A stretch of 64,000 nucleotides of DNA from a bacterium (GTDB taxonomy: Bacteria > UBA8248), in contig CBDBZY010000064.1 in the NCBI GenBank assembly GCA_965213685.1, positions 1,440,001-1,504,000 on the forward strand, read 5' to 3'. The notes beneath the pieces are model-generated. The model was not told the DNA's origin. It worked only from the letters and a program-made list of their open reading frames with translations, and made no database searches. The translations under genes and the position numbers were made by a program. Below, in pieces: positions 13,022 to 60,400 of this stretch (position 1 is the first letter of the stretch; every line of letters starts with the position of its first letter).

Positions 13022-13583
13022 TAGTCTCGCGAGCCTAGTCCACACCCGCAAAAACGGGAAGTGGTCTGGAGACTTCACGTAAATCTCTGGAACGCAATTA
13101 TTGAATAAAGTCACGTGTCAAACGCGTACTTATTGGCGAAGTGACGCGCACAAAACGAGCATGCTGTCGATGTCACAGGTGTGATGGCTGCGTGCGTTCT
13201 CTGTCTGAGCGCTGTGCTGTTGAGTATTTTGCTAACAGTCGTCAGGTTTGCTGGACTAGCAAGTCGGAGTTTACTAGAACACAGGCTGCAGTTACCGCTA
13301 AGTTTTCTAGCTGGCCCGCGAGTGCGGCACTTTCGAGGCAGCGTAGTCTGTCCACAGTTCGAGTACAGACGAGCGTAGCGACTGTTTTGGGTAAGTGCTA
13401 GTCCGAACCACACCCGCGTTTACTCAGTCACCTTGGAATGCATGCCTTAATTATGCGTCATGTGACCATATTACCCTAATTACCCGCTCTGCAGTTTTAT
13501 TGGCTCTATTGAAATTCCGGAAGAGGTTTACGTGAAGTGGTCCCAAATCTCCAGACCACTTGTGGTCTGGTCTCGCGAGACTA
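13022..13583. mobile_element. TAG..CTA element with a 9-bp TSD, nested at the inner edge of the right TIR of 11079-13649
   Basis: TAGTCTCGCGAG...CTCGCGAGACTA is flanked by CCCAAAACC at 13013-13021 and 13584-13592. Confidence 0.8.
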
Positions 13584-14269
13584 CCCAAAACCCTGGCAGG
13601 TGCGCCCAGACGTAATTCCCCGCGGGATTACGTCTTGTTCACGAGACTACCGTAGATCCTGTTGGACGAGGCGTCTAACTCTTTTAGAGCACGGCACATC
13701 GTCTGCGCGTTACTGCTGGGCACGGGTCTAGCGGGCCCACGAACGTGCGTAGAGTGCAGACGTTCTTATGTAACATTGCATCACGGTACATGTTTTACGC
13801 ATGCAAGGGGTGGAGTTAATAAACAGGTTCGCAGGCCCGCGGTACCGCGCGCATCACGTGATTTGCTCGAGGCACGAAAAATAGATACCTCGACTTAGCC
13901 TCGCTCTCCCCCGCGCGAGATGTTGATGCGTGATTTTTGAACTGGTAAGCCACGGGGGTCAAAGGTTGCGCGTAACAATCGCTCGAGCAGAGGGCCTGGA
14001 ACGAGGCCAGGTATCTACGAAAAATAGATACCGCTCACAGACCAATCAGATCACCAAATTCGGAGTAGCCGTGCTCTAAGTTCGGAAAACGGAAGAGGAG
14101 GGTCTGGTACAGTTGACACAGTACTCCGCGGAATTTTAGAGGGCCAAATCTGATTGGTTGATTGGCTAATTATTACGTTCCGAATATTCACGCCTGTTCA
14201 CACGCGAGTGAAGAAGCGGACATTGAGGCAGCAAATGCAGCAGCGTTTAGCCAACGGCCATCCAGTGGT

Positions 14270-14365
14270 AAGGCAGAACAGCTGGAGGCCGCGAGAGAGT
14301 TCGTGAAGGGCCAAGACGTCTTCGTATCGATTCCGACTGGCAGTGGGTCGCTATGCTACGCATGA
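14270..14365 (+). pseudogene. Second RecQ-like helicase fragment
   Basis: KAEQLEAAREFVKGQDVFVSIPTGSGSLCYA (degenerate Walker A). Confidence 0.6.
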
Positions 14366-15026
14366 TGGGCTATAGACTTTCGTGGTAGCACTGTAGCCAT
14401 ATTGAACGCTTGGGCCAAGAGGGTTTCGAGCTAGCGCTCTAGCGGTAATAACCATTTCTAACTACACTGCGCTGTTTTTCACACATATTTTGCGGCACCT
14501 TTAATTACCACTCCACAGCATCCCATCAGTGGAGTCCTTCTGTACCAACCGATTTTTTAACGGGAGTCTGGGAACGAGACCCGTCTTTGGACACATGAAC
14601 TGCCATATGTGTGGTTCCTTCATTCCACCTCACGTCAGCATTTCTCCAACTGTCATATTACTAGCTCTGTTAGTCTCAATTCTCTCATGTGTGATCTCAC
14701 CTCTGAGTATCAACTTTCAACTGACTCTTTTGTGTGAAGTCTTTTGTTTGTACTTATAATATTCTTGTATTGTATATCACCATCTACGTCAGTAACACAG
14801 AGTACCAAAATTAATATTGAACAAGAAGCATGACATTGTGCTTTCCATAATTATGCTTTTCATATTGACAAGGAGTACAAGTGAAGAATGCTCTGGATAT
14901 AAAACAAAAGGATGTACAATAGGTTTACTTCCAACTACATGCATACACATGTACATCAATAGCCAAATTGTTCTAAGCACAGTACATACACACATCAGTA
15001 AAGTTGCCTCTATGTGAAATAGTTGA

Positions 15027-28607
<13,581 letters not shown>

Positions 28608-28619
28608 CGTAAGTAGCGG

Positions 28620-29100
28620 TTGTCTAGCCCAGCCAAGTTTAATCACTCACGTGCGAGAGCCATGAAAGTCACATGACAATAACCTCCCAGCGCGCGCGCG
28701 CAGCGCAGACTGTGTCTCATGCCCAGACGCCCCATATGGCAATATGGCCATGTAGGGTCCCTGTAAGTCCATGCATGGCCTATACGGCTCAGGCTCTTGG
28801 GAGGGGCTTGTACGAGGCTAACAGTGAGCCATGCATGGGTGTGGTAGTCTCATGAAGGCCAATCAGATTGCCGCAACGCACATGTCACGCAAATGTCACA
28901 TGATGTAGGCTCTGCCGCACTTGACAAGCATGCATGGGTACGTCACTGAGCTAGGCAAATGAAGGCGGGGGCGGAGCTTGTTCTCATCGTTGGGAAGTAG
29001 CCGGGACACTCTATTAGCGGCTAACTGTTGTAAGCGCCGAGAAGGGTTGACGTATTTCACAACAATGGTAGTCCTATCATAGATATAATAGCTCCGTACG
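28620..29100 (-). promoter_or_regulatory. CpG-rich putative promoter of PP2Ac
   Basis: CpG-rich segment immediately upstream of the ATG, with CACGTG (about 28648), CCAAT (about 28859), GC box GGGGCGGAG (about 28968) and TGACGT (about 29049). Motif function is not demonstrated. Confidence 0.45.
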
Positions 29101-30510
29101 GAGCTATTATATCTATGGTCCTATAGATCTCCCACCTGCTTTTGTGCGCAAGTGCCATACACTGGCTCTCACAGCAGACGTACGCGTGTATGTAGTAGCA
29201 TGGATAGAAGGTTGTAGATGAGTTATGGAGGCTAGAGGGAATGTGTCGACAGCCATTTGCGAGTACCAATTTCAAACATGAGCTGTTCTGAGGTTAGAGC
29301 CAAATACTGGCACGTGCGATGAGCTAGCAATCACATGATTAGCAAATGACGTAGAGTAAGTGACCCAGTTATGGGACAACAATCCTGCCCACAAAAACCT
29401 ACCATTTGTATGCAGGAAACTAAAACTTTGCACCCACAACCACTATTGTATAGAGAACTTGTACCACAATTACTATCTCATGCTGTGTTATTGATTGCCA
29501 TAAAATGGATATTTATTATTGTGGGACAAGGTACCTATTATGGGACAGTTAAGAAAAGTAGACGGAACAAGTGAATAACTGTTCAACAAACTTCACACAT
29601 ACGACTACCGCAGAACTCACACCACAAGTACCACATCATAAGGTTTTTGAGATCATAGTCAACAATTAACATTTCTATCTCTGCCTTGGTGTATCTATTA
29701 TGAGACACTATTTGTGTATTATTGGACAACGCATCTTTCAGGAAAACCAGGTGAACTAGTAAAACACCATATTCAACTGCATATGACCAAAGTAATTCAC
29801 CTAAGGGCAATGACATTTAGTATTAACTAATGTCTCATTATACCCTCTGTCTCACAATAGGGACACTAACTCATGAAAAGGAAATCAACTAACTGTCCCA
29901 GACTGGGTGGTCTGGAAACGAGACTAGAATCAGACTCAGGTGGAGAGGCATGGTTTACGAGACTATGGGTGTGGACGTGGGGCATCTGAGCACAAGACTA
30001 AGCACACAATGTACATATATAGTCGTCGTTCCCAGACAACTGGCTGCTCATAACTGCATCCATGGGTAGGTTATGGTTACGCAGGTTCACTGACTGTTGG
30101 CACTTCCAGTGTTTTGTGGTTCGTTATGATTTGAAGGTCAACACAACTCCTCAGTCATTGATGCAAGATGTATGCTGCATCAGAGGTACACAGGTGTGGC
30201 TATTAATTTTTTATGTACTACATATGGTTATCCTTGCTTAATCTACTTATACAATACAAGTTCCACAGGGTATTCATTTGATCTACATACTACTATGAGG
30301 ATATGACTAAAACAGAACATTCGTCAGGAGATTGATACTGTACAAAATGTAATAAAACATATAGTGTACATGTATTCACAGCCAGTATGTAAACAAATCG
30401 ACTGTATATACACAGGTATAAAAATATTGTCATTACAGATGATATAAAATTACACCAGAACATGTGTACACATATACACCTACACAAAAGGATGGTTGTA
30501 GTGTCAGTAG

Positions 30511-51511
<21,001 letters not shown>

Positions 51512-52364
51512 AACTACAATAAACTGTGATCCAGTATTCTACAGTGAAGTACTGAGCGACAGATAATTCGTGATTGGCAGATTGCTCAAGCTCGCTAGCT
51601 ATGCGCGATATGCAGACGTCTACGCGCGTATACGCCACTAAAGGTGCACGTGCAGCAATTACATATTACGTTTGTGCGCTAGTGCTCGCACGCGTGTACA
51701 GGAGTATACTATGTCCACAATTTGTACCTGTACCTACGCTGGGAGATTATATTTCAGCTGACTACTACTCAGAACTAAGGGCTTAGGCTGCATGTAAGTA
51801 CGTGTATGTGTACCCTGAAGGGCCACTAACATAAAAGAATGAGGGATGAGTGACTTGTTTCAGTTATGTGGTTGGTTATGTACTGCAGGACACAATGTAG
51901 CAGACAGTGGTCATGTTGCATTTGAATTCACATGCTGAGCATGTGCTTATATTTCCCATGTCATGATGAGGGCTGTGTCCCTCAATTGTCATAGCTAACT
52001 GTTTGGAATTGTATTTGTGAATCCCTCCTGTTTTATTATTTATTGACCTTGTGTTTTTGTCTTGTAACTTTTGTACTCTCTGTTGCATTGGTCTTTGTTT
52101 CCTGAGCATGTGCTTGCATTCCCGACTATCTTCATGCACTCCAACCATGGAGCAACATTATGAACCAGTAGTTGTCTTCGGGCGTAGTTGTTTACTTTGC
52201 CTTGTCTCTTTGAATGAGTTTACATGAAGGTGTAATGAGACATGAAATACCGTAAGCTCTCTATGCACTTGTGTGTATGTCCAAATATAAAAGATACACT
52301 GAATACTCACGTGTATTGTCAAGTTAGAGTATTTCAAGATAGAGTATAGTTTTTAATGCATGTA

Positions 52365-53050
52365 AGTACTTATCTCCGATAGTTTAGGCTACATCTTTCC
52401 TGCCCACAAACTCCACAGCACTAGCCATATCCTCCCATGTTGGTGGGATGTCAGTCCTGCTCAGCCGCTTGCTGCAAAGCTCCATCAAGCATTCCTAACC
52501 TCTAAGCCACTCTAATATAATATCCAGCTCTGAGATAGGGAAATCCAGGAACGTACCCATTGCTTTCCAGTACTCTGTGATGTGTGGCAGAGTTCTAGCA
52601 GCAGTTCCTTGGATGTGGGCTTTCACACCATGTAGCTGTATTTGATTTCTGAGCTTGCGGTTGTGCCTAGTACTGGTATTATTTATTGCGTTACTCCTAT
52701 AATTACACACACTTTGTAATGGGGATGTCCAGTAGCAAATAAAGACTTAATGGATAGCACACACTTGCCACATACGTAGTGCTCACCAACTTTAATTTTG
52801 TTGTATCTCCTGTCCTAACTTTGATTGTCCTATGGTACCCATTGCCTTGGCAAGTTTGTCCCAGCTAGCATTGAGATTACCGTTTCACCAGCAGTCAATC
52901 ATATCCAGTTTCTGATGAGTAAGTTCCTCTCTGTGATTAGTTTCAATTTCCCTGATTGTGTATGCTGAAAGGAAGGTGTGCAAATATTGTCAGAAGCCCC
53001 ATTCCCAGATTCCTCTCACCTCTTGCATGCTAAGACTATTGTAGTACTCT
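52365..53050 (-). pseudogene. Degenerate tandem Death-domain ORF
   Basis: Minus-strand translation gives two Death-domain-like units: ..TIREIETNHREELTHQKLDMIDCW*NGNLNASWDKLAKAM.. and ..YWKAMGTFLDFPISELDII..ECLMELCSKRLSRTDIPPTWEDMASAVEFVGRKDVA*. In-frame stops are present. Boundaries are approximate. Confidence 0.7.
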
Positions 53051-53663
53051 TTAGCAAGGGTCATGCAAGATATCATTCATGAGAGAAGACCCTGGGAATG
53101 TGATTTTCATTATGCTGATATGAAGCGTTGCATGGCATGTAGCAAAAACTACGCAGTGCATACATGTATAAATCAGAGCATAAAAATTGTGCAACACCAA
53201 ATAATCTGGGCAAAACTACATCACAAAGATTCTCTGGTCTAGTTCAGTAAAGCACTGATATCACTATACTGCAAAATTGTGCTGTGGCTTATGTTCATTG
53301 TGGACATTAAAAGTTGAGGCAGTAGGAACGCTATCTGATCATTGTTTTGCCAGTCAGTGTGTTAGGGTCAAAGTGTCAATCCCCAGCTGGCTCTGTACTG
53401 ATTAATCAACAAAGAAAGTGCCATCTCATATATTTAGTGTTGATTGAACTAAAGATATTTGTAGACTAAACACATACTGCATGCTCAATGTGCTGCAAGG
53501 AATGTAGATGTAGGGTGGCTACACATTTACCCAGTTATATTGTGCTGGATTGTGGTTTGTAGAGTGGCATTGGCCATCTTATACCATTCTGTTTCAGTTA
53601 TGTTACAGTAACTGTTCATGGAGCATAAAAAACGAGGTTGCTGGATCATGAACCAGTGATGCA

Positions 53664-53860
53664 TGTCACCGGAATTTTGGTCCGGGCGATTTCGGTCCGG
53701 GCGGACCAAAATCTCTGATATTGTTCCGAATTTGTACCGGACTGTTATCTCCAATGCGGACCATTTCATCTAGCGCACAATTTCAGTCCCCCGGACCAAT
53801 ATCCCTGGGGATTTAGGTCCTCCGGACCAAAATTTCTGGCCGACCAAAATCTCGGTGACA
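53664..53860. mobile_element. Small TIR element with internal GGACCA repeats
   Basis: TGTCACCG.AATTTTGGTC...GACCAAAATCTCGGTGACA with TGCA on both sides. This could be a 4-bp TSD or an extension of the palindrome. Confidence 0.65.
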
Positions 53861-53953
53861 TGCATTATAAATCTATAGGTGTAAAAACAAGATATGGGTG
53901 GGATGAGACAGAGAGCGCAGATCGAAACGTGTAGGTGCTATGCCGGTCTACTA

Positions 53954-54098
53954 TAGTCTCGCAAGCCAGCCGTATTTTTCCCGCGAGCGAACGGAATAAA
54001 GCGGAGGAAAACGGAAAATTGAGAAGGGAAAATCCCTTCGCATTTTTCCGTTTTCCTCCGCTTCTTCCGTGGAAAAATACGGCTGTCTTGCAAGACTA
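53954..54098. mobile_element. Palindromic TAG..CTA element upstream of SDA1
   Basis: TAGTCTCGCAAGCCAGCCGTATTTTTCC...GGAAAAATACGGCTGTCTTGCAAGACTA. No clear TSD. Confidence 0.7.
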
Positions 54099-54405
54099 GA
54101 TACGGCAAAACGAACTCGGAGCAACACCACGCCCCCCTCCACGTGTAAGAAGTGCTCATTAATTAGAGACCACCTACGATTAGAGTGAAGTTGTTTTGCT
54201 GGATCTTGGGTACGTTCTGCTATAGCGGCCAGTTAGGAGGTGGTTCTTTTTTCTGGCTGCTTACGTTCATTATGCAAGTTAGCGCATACATGACCAGGGT
54301 GGCTATGAGATGCAATTATACATAACATGTACATGTACATGTACATAACACGAACTTCCATAAGAAAAGTTGTACGTTGTCGTTCACAGCGTCCAGTGGG
54401 TTGGG

Positions 54406-57400
54406 ATGGAGCGGAGTGGACGCCACAGAAACCAGCTACCATCGAACCTGCCACAGCTGCAAAATCTCATCAAAAGAGATCCACAGGCATATAGGGAAGA
54501 GGTAGGAAATACATATACATATGACGGCACATACGTAGTGATATTGAGAATTGTGAAGGCTGGCTGTCACCCGGTGGCCATAGCTCAGGTGGTAGAGCAC
54601 TGACAGCTAGAGTCAGAGCCCCTGGTTCAATCCTGGGTGGCTGCTGGTTTTTCACGGTTCTCTAAAATATTCCCAAACCTTTCCTCATGTATAATTTAAA
54701 CACATCCAACACTACTATAAAGTCTTCTATACGTAACCATACATGTGGATGTGTTTACATATACCCTAGTCCAGCAATTGGGTAGCCCCTCCCCCTCATC
54801 CACGACGTCTCTCTTGGTTAACACACACAGGACGGTAGATCGAGTATGGCATTTTTGCATGCATGTATACTGTTGTTTTATCTGAATGGTATGTGAAGTA
54901 CACACCTCCCTGCTCCGTTTTTTCTTGCCATTCCTCTTTTGGAGTTTATCATTTGACTTACAGGAGAAGTATTACTTTGCAACATGTCTGCTGTGAAGAT
55001 GTGCAAAGGGTGTTACTGCAGACTGCATGATTGTTGTAGTTACAGTATCATGCACTTTGGTGTACATACATTTACATGTACCTGTACATGTACATGTATA
55101 TTATTGTTGATCTGAGATACATTCCAGCCCAATAATGGGAGTCACTACGAACCTGGTTCCTCATGGTCACTGTGGGCCAAGCTTGTGTGTGTAGGTGTGG
55201 CTGTAATCCCTGAAGGTACATGTACATGTATATGGCCTTGGCATGGCCTTTGAACCCTATCTATAGCATTGTGTGAGCCTGTTTTTTATACTTGAATATT
55301 CCCAAGTATCTACTGTGTACCACAAAATGTACACATTGAAGGTGCTGTGGTATTACACAACCAGTGTTCTCATTGTATATACCCCTCTTGTTCAACCCAG
55401 TTTACTCAACAGTACCATCACTACCAATCCCTTTTGCAACTACTGTTTCTCTCACCTTCTCAAGAGACCCCTCAGCTATCTGAGATCATCATGTTTCTTA
55501 GTCAGGTACCTACATGTACGTATGTGCAGTGTAGTTGTACAATATACTTGTACACATACACATAATGTGTACAGTGTATACCTGTACATGTAGAGTTTTC
55601 GTAGTACACAAGTACATGTACATGTATGTATACTTGTACATAATTGTAACATGTACTTTTTCCGTTGCTCTTATGGACGTTCATGTACATGTACTACATG
55701 TACAGTGTACATGTATACATGCATGGACATGTGTCTTGTTTTACGTGTATACATGTACCTTTTTTCTTCCCTCTACCCTCTTTATTCTTACCTCCACTTA
55801 GGTCACTCCTTGTTATCCTCAGGAAATGGCCAGTTTTCCATCTGAACTTGAACAGTTACTACGCAAGCATTCTACCACACTACATCCTGATATTCGAATG
55901 GTGAGTGAGGACTGCTATTTCTTCACATGTTGTATTCATGTCTCTTTGCTGTACCTGTAGAGGTTTTACACGTACATGTACATGTACGTCATATATGCAT
56001 GACAACTGTTACTATGACGCCATTTTGAGTGGCAAAAGAACATGTGCAGTATTGGCGTGAGTGGCACCGACGAGTTACCCCATACCAAGGATATACACGA
56101 AACTCTCCCGGATGGAACCATGTATTCTGTGTACTATTATGAGTTGGATGAACATGCTAATAGCAGGTACTGTGAAAAGCTAGCCAGTGTAGAGAATAGG
56201 ACTAGACCCTTACCTGCCTTCAATGGCATCAAGCTGTATCGATTGGCAGCACTGACCTGATGTGCAATATCCTGATATTTGCCTAGTCTCTATACACATC
56301 AACAACTTAAGGTATATAAGAGTTTGGAAGCATACAAGCAGTTTGTGGATGGTTGGGTAGGTAATGTAACTGTCTGCAGAGTCCCCAGCACCCTACACGT
56401 TTGTGTTGTCAAAGCTCGAGTGAGGCATTCACAAGCAAAATCTCAAACTCCAGGAATTATCTGTGTGCCCATTGCACTTGCATGGCTAACTTGGGTGAGG
56501 TATGCTCTCACATAGCGGCCATCATTAACCGTCGGCGCGCATGCGCCAGAGGGTTACTGCAGTTGTCCTGTGTGTCTGTCTGTCTGTCTGTCTGTCTGTG
56601 TGTCCATCCGCGGGAGCTAATCCAGGGACTGGTGCTAGTAGACGTCTAACTGAAGGCACTAGCAGCTTGAGTGGCACATTTTCACAAAAATATAAAGGCA
56701 TTTTCTTTAAAACTGCTTCGTTACAAAGTTAGAAGCGTTATATACTTACAAGGGACCAGACCAGCTTGAGTCCGCCATTTTGTTCACGTTGCAATGTTTC
56801 GTATACCTCTCCATTTCACGTCCGTAAAACTCGAGTGATAATGTTCCCGCATAAGCGCATGTGTGTACGAGGCTATAGCATGTGCACACGCGTACGTGCA
56901 CAGACCATACAACAAGGCAGGACATTAGACTAACTATAGCTCAATTGAGTGGCAACAATGCTTCTATCATTTGTGCAGGCTGTTGTTAGCATGCAATGCA
57001 ACTGCTCCGAGGGTTTGCACTTTAGTGCTTTTTATTCTTTCTCTGGATGTAAACACACGAACTAAGCAGAGCACATCGTGTACCTCTTTACCTTGCTTGT
57101 GGTTATCACCACACTTCGAGATTGCTGATATTGATTTTTCAGTACCAGCACAAAAAACTCTAAATCAGTCACAATCAGCTGATTCCTCATTGTCAGTGTG
57201 CAGTTCCTTGGCTGACTTTACACCAACTCCAACTGAGCTGAATCATTGTACTTGGAGTTCTTCAAAGTAGGGAAACCAGTGCTGTTTTCAGTCATGCCTG
57301 CTACTGTGAAGCTTTTGTGCCATTATGTCAGCAAGGTGTACTACCAAAGCCACTGACTGATCTGTACAAACAAGAGTACTTACAGCTGTCCTATCAAGAT

Positions 57401-60400
57401 CTTCTAGTTATGTGATGTGCACTTCACTGCAATAGAAATGAAAAGCACTTGGAAAGTGCATAACCCTTGCGCAGCTTAGAGATGGATAATGGATAAATGT
57501 ATTCACCGTGGTCATGCCATTCATTTGTGATGCATGTCTTTGTAGAAGTGTATGTTAGCCTTATGACTAGCACTGCTGAATAGCATTCACAGACATTGCA
57601 CTTGCAAACACACACACACACACACACAACCTCCCTCCCCTCCCTCCCTTTCCCTTCCCTTCCCTTCCCTTCCCTCCCCTTGTCTTGTTCTAGTTTTATT
57701 AAAAACAGGATTACATGCATTTTTACAGCTTTACACAAAGGGCTAAGAAACCTACCACAAATCAAGGCAGTCTCATCGATCATATATACACAAGAAACAT
57801 CTCAGTACAGCTACATGTAGAAGTATCACCTCAGAAATATAATTACACTATATCAGCTCAGTGTTAGATGTTTAAGTAGGAACAGAAGCTCGCTTGGGCT
57901 TGAGCAGCCCAAGAACGTACACTTCTCCAATAGGTGCGTACCCAAGTACTAGCTAGGCTTACCGCTTTGGCTGGACACATGTGAGCCGAAAAGCTCCCAA
58001 CCGCATATGTGACACCAGATCGTACTGTTTGTACTTCCACTCCACTAGTAGCTAATACATGTAGAACCTCGAAAACGCGAGTTTACACAGCCTCGAAAAG
58101 TTACCTTCGCTCACTGATAGCCTCACCATCAACCAAGCGGCTCCAGAGTTCACGAGTTCCGAGAGACTACAATGCTTCTCCTATTCTCCAACTTTGAAGA
58201 GTGCAGCTTCTACGGTTACGGAGAAAATCCGTGCATGCCTGGACACACACACACACAGACCGACTACAATAACCCTCTGCGCACATGCGCGCGAGGGTTA
58301 ATAACAGTTGAACAGTCTAAAAATGTTGAACAAATCACAAGAGACTCAGGGGGGTTAAGGCAGGTCCCAGCATATGTAGGGATTCTTCAGCCAGTAGCAG
58401 CCACCATACCAACTGATTTTACAAGTAAGTTAAAAAATTTTAATTTCTAAGGGAATATAGGGCTTGCATAAAAAGGAATAGAGACAAGACCTGGATGTAG
58501 AGTACATGCTATTATTGTAACTAGTTGTCATAGGAGCGATGATGAAGCATGAAGTACCTCATGCATGATTATGCAACACAAGCCCTATATTGTTGAGCAG
58601 CCACCAACATGTCCCTTCAAAAGCTACTATCACTACACAAACGTATGCAAGTTGGTGTAGGAGTGCAAAGCTACAAGACAGATGACAGGGATGGGGAGTA
58701 TATGGTTTGAAATCATACTTAAATTCTGTCCTAAATGTGACATTGGTACATGTACCACATTGGTCTGCCCATCTTACCTAAAGATGGGCCTGTCTTACAA
58801 GAAATGGCACTTTCCCATATGAAGCAAAGACATTTCCATAAGACTTACATGTACAGCATATTATAAGAAAGAGCTCTTTCTTATAAGAATGGGCTACTTT
58901 CTTACAAATTTTATAAGATCTTATAATGCTCTTTTAAGATAATCATAATCTTATAAGCAGGAGTGTTTTTTTACAAGAAATTGTAAGATCTTATGACTTT
59001 CATAAGGGACATCTTGGCCATATTTGATGCATTCATGGGTCCTTTGCACTGAGTGTTTTGCACTTCTGTGCTTTCATTCTCACTGTGTTTACTGTTTCAG
59101 GAATAGTACTGTATGTTTGTGCATATGTATGCATGTACATGTACGTACATGTACATGTATGTGCATGTGACTTCCTTGCGTCTTCACCACTCCTACTTTC
59201 CTCCACATTCATGCATTTTGTTCTCTCCTCATTTTATATACCTTATTTTCCCACTGCCTTCCAATCCCTCCCCCCTTTCTTCTATCTTCCATCATTGCCT
59301 TTATGCTGTCCTTCCCCCCCTGTTCTGCCTCTCTCCCTACTATCATGTAGACTCTGTGTAGAGCACTGATTCTACTGAGGAATAAAGGCATCATTGAGCC
59401 CAACACGTATGAATATGCATACATGATCAATCTCGTACATGTACATGTATATGCATTAAAACAAGGGAAATCAAGTAAGGCAAAGTCCGAAGGCAGACAG
59501 TGAAAAAAACACTGAGCTGCCTCGGATGGGATTCAAACCCGTGACCACTGGGTTGCTAGTCCAGTGCTCTTGCTAACTGAGCTACCAAGGCAGCCCAGTT
59601 GGCTGGGTTCAAATCTACGGTAGTATAGGCAAGGTAAGGCAAGGCAAGCATATACAATATACATCCAGCTTGATGAACAGGCTAACATGTACATGTGCAT
59701 GAAGGGGAGGGAGGAAAGGAATAGGAAGGACAATGGAGAGTTGTACATTGTATACACTGCACACACCTGTTAGAAATTTGGTGCATATATATTTATGCAT
59801 GTGTGTTCTCTTCTACTTTGCAGTATTCTGGAACTCTTCTTTGAGCTGTTTCGATGTCAGGACAAGGCACTGAGGATGGTGCGTTTGTACATGAACCTAT
59901 GGTGTGTACCATACAAGTATTTACCTCTATTTACATGTACATGTACATACACTGTGCACGTACATGTACATGTACACATTATGTACATGTAACGTACATG
60001 TATATAGAATATACATGTACTGTACATACATGAATAACACAACTCCCTAGGCCATGAACGGCCCTTAGGCCTACATGTAGATGTTAAACAGTCACCCAAT
60101 GCGCAGGACGTGTTTCGGCCAATACCAGGCCTCATCAGCTGTGCTGGGGTGAACGGGAAACAACAGATAACAAGGCACATGGTTGACTACAGACTGGCAA
60201 CATGTACAACTGTATATAGAGTGTACATGTATTTTTAAATTTTCTAAGCCATTGGGGCTAGGTTTTTTAAAATGTTTGAGCCATTGAGGGTCCCTGCCTC
60301 AGTAGCTTAGTGGTAGAGGCCTCGTCTGGAGAAGAGAGGTGCGTGGGTTCGAATCCCACCTGGGGCAGCTCTTCTTTTTCTCTCAAAAGGAAGAAGTGAG

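Larger units (their letters stand above)
11079..13649. mobile_element. AcademH-like non-autonomous DNA transposon carrying a RecQ helicase fragment
   Basis: About 65-bp TIRs (11079-11143 and 13584-13649) beginning TAGTCTCGTGAAC. CCGTAGATC lies at 11068-11076 (followed by an extra TA) and at 13650-13658. Internal RecQ motif 0/I fragment. Confidence 0.7.

Noticed and set aside
12665-13024. Host RecQ helicase gene
   Set aside because: Only motifs 0/I are present, it lies inside a TIR/TSD-bounded element, and there are no further exons.
60296-60366. Functional tRNA genes (also 54573-54643, 21452-21518, 15485-15555)
   Set aside because: Multicopy with shared flanks, variable anticodons and mismatched stems; treated as tRNA-derived repeats.
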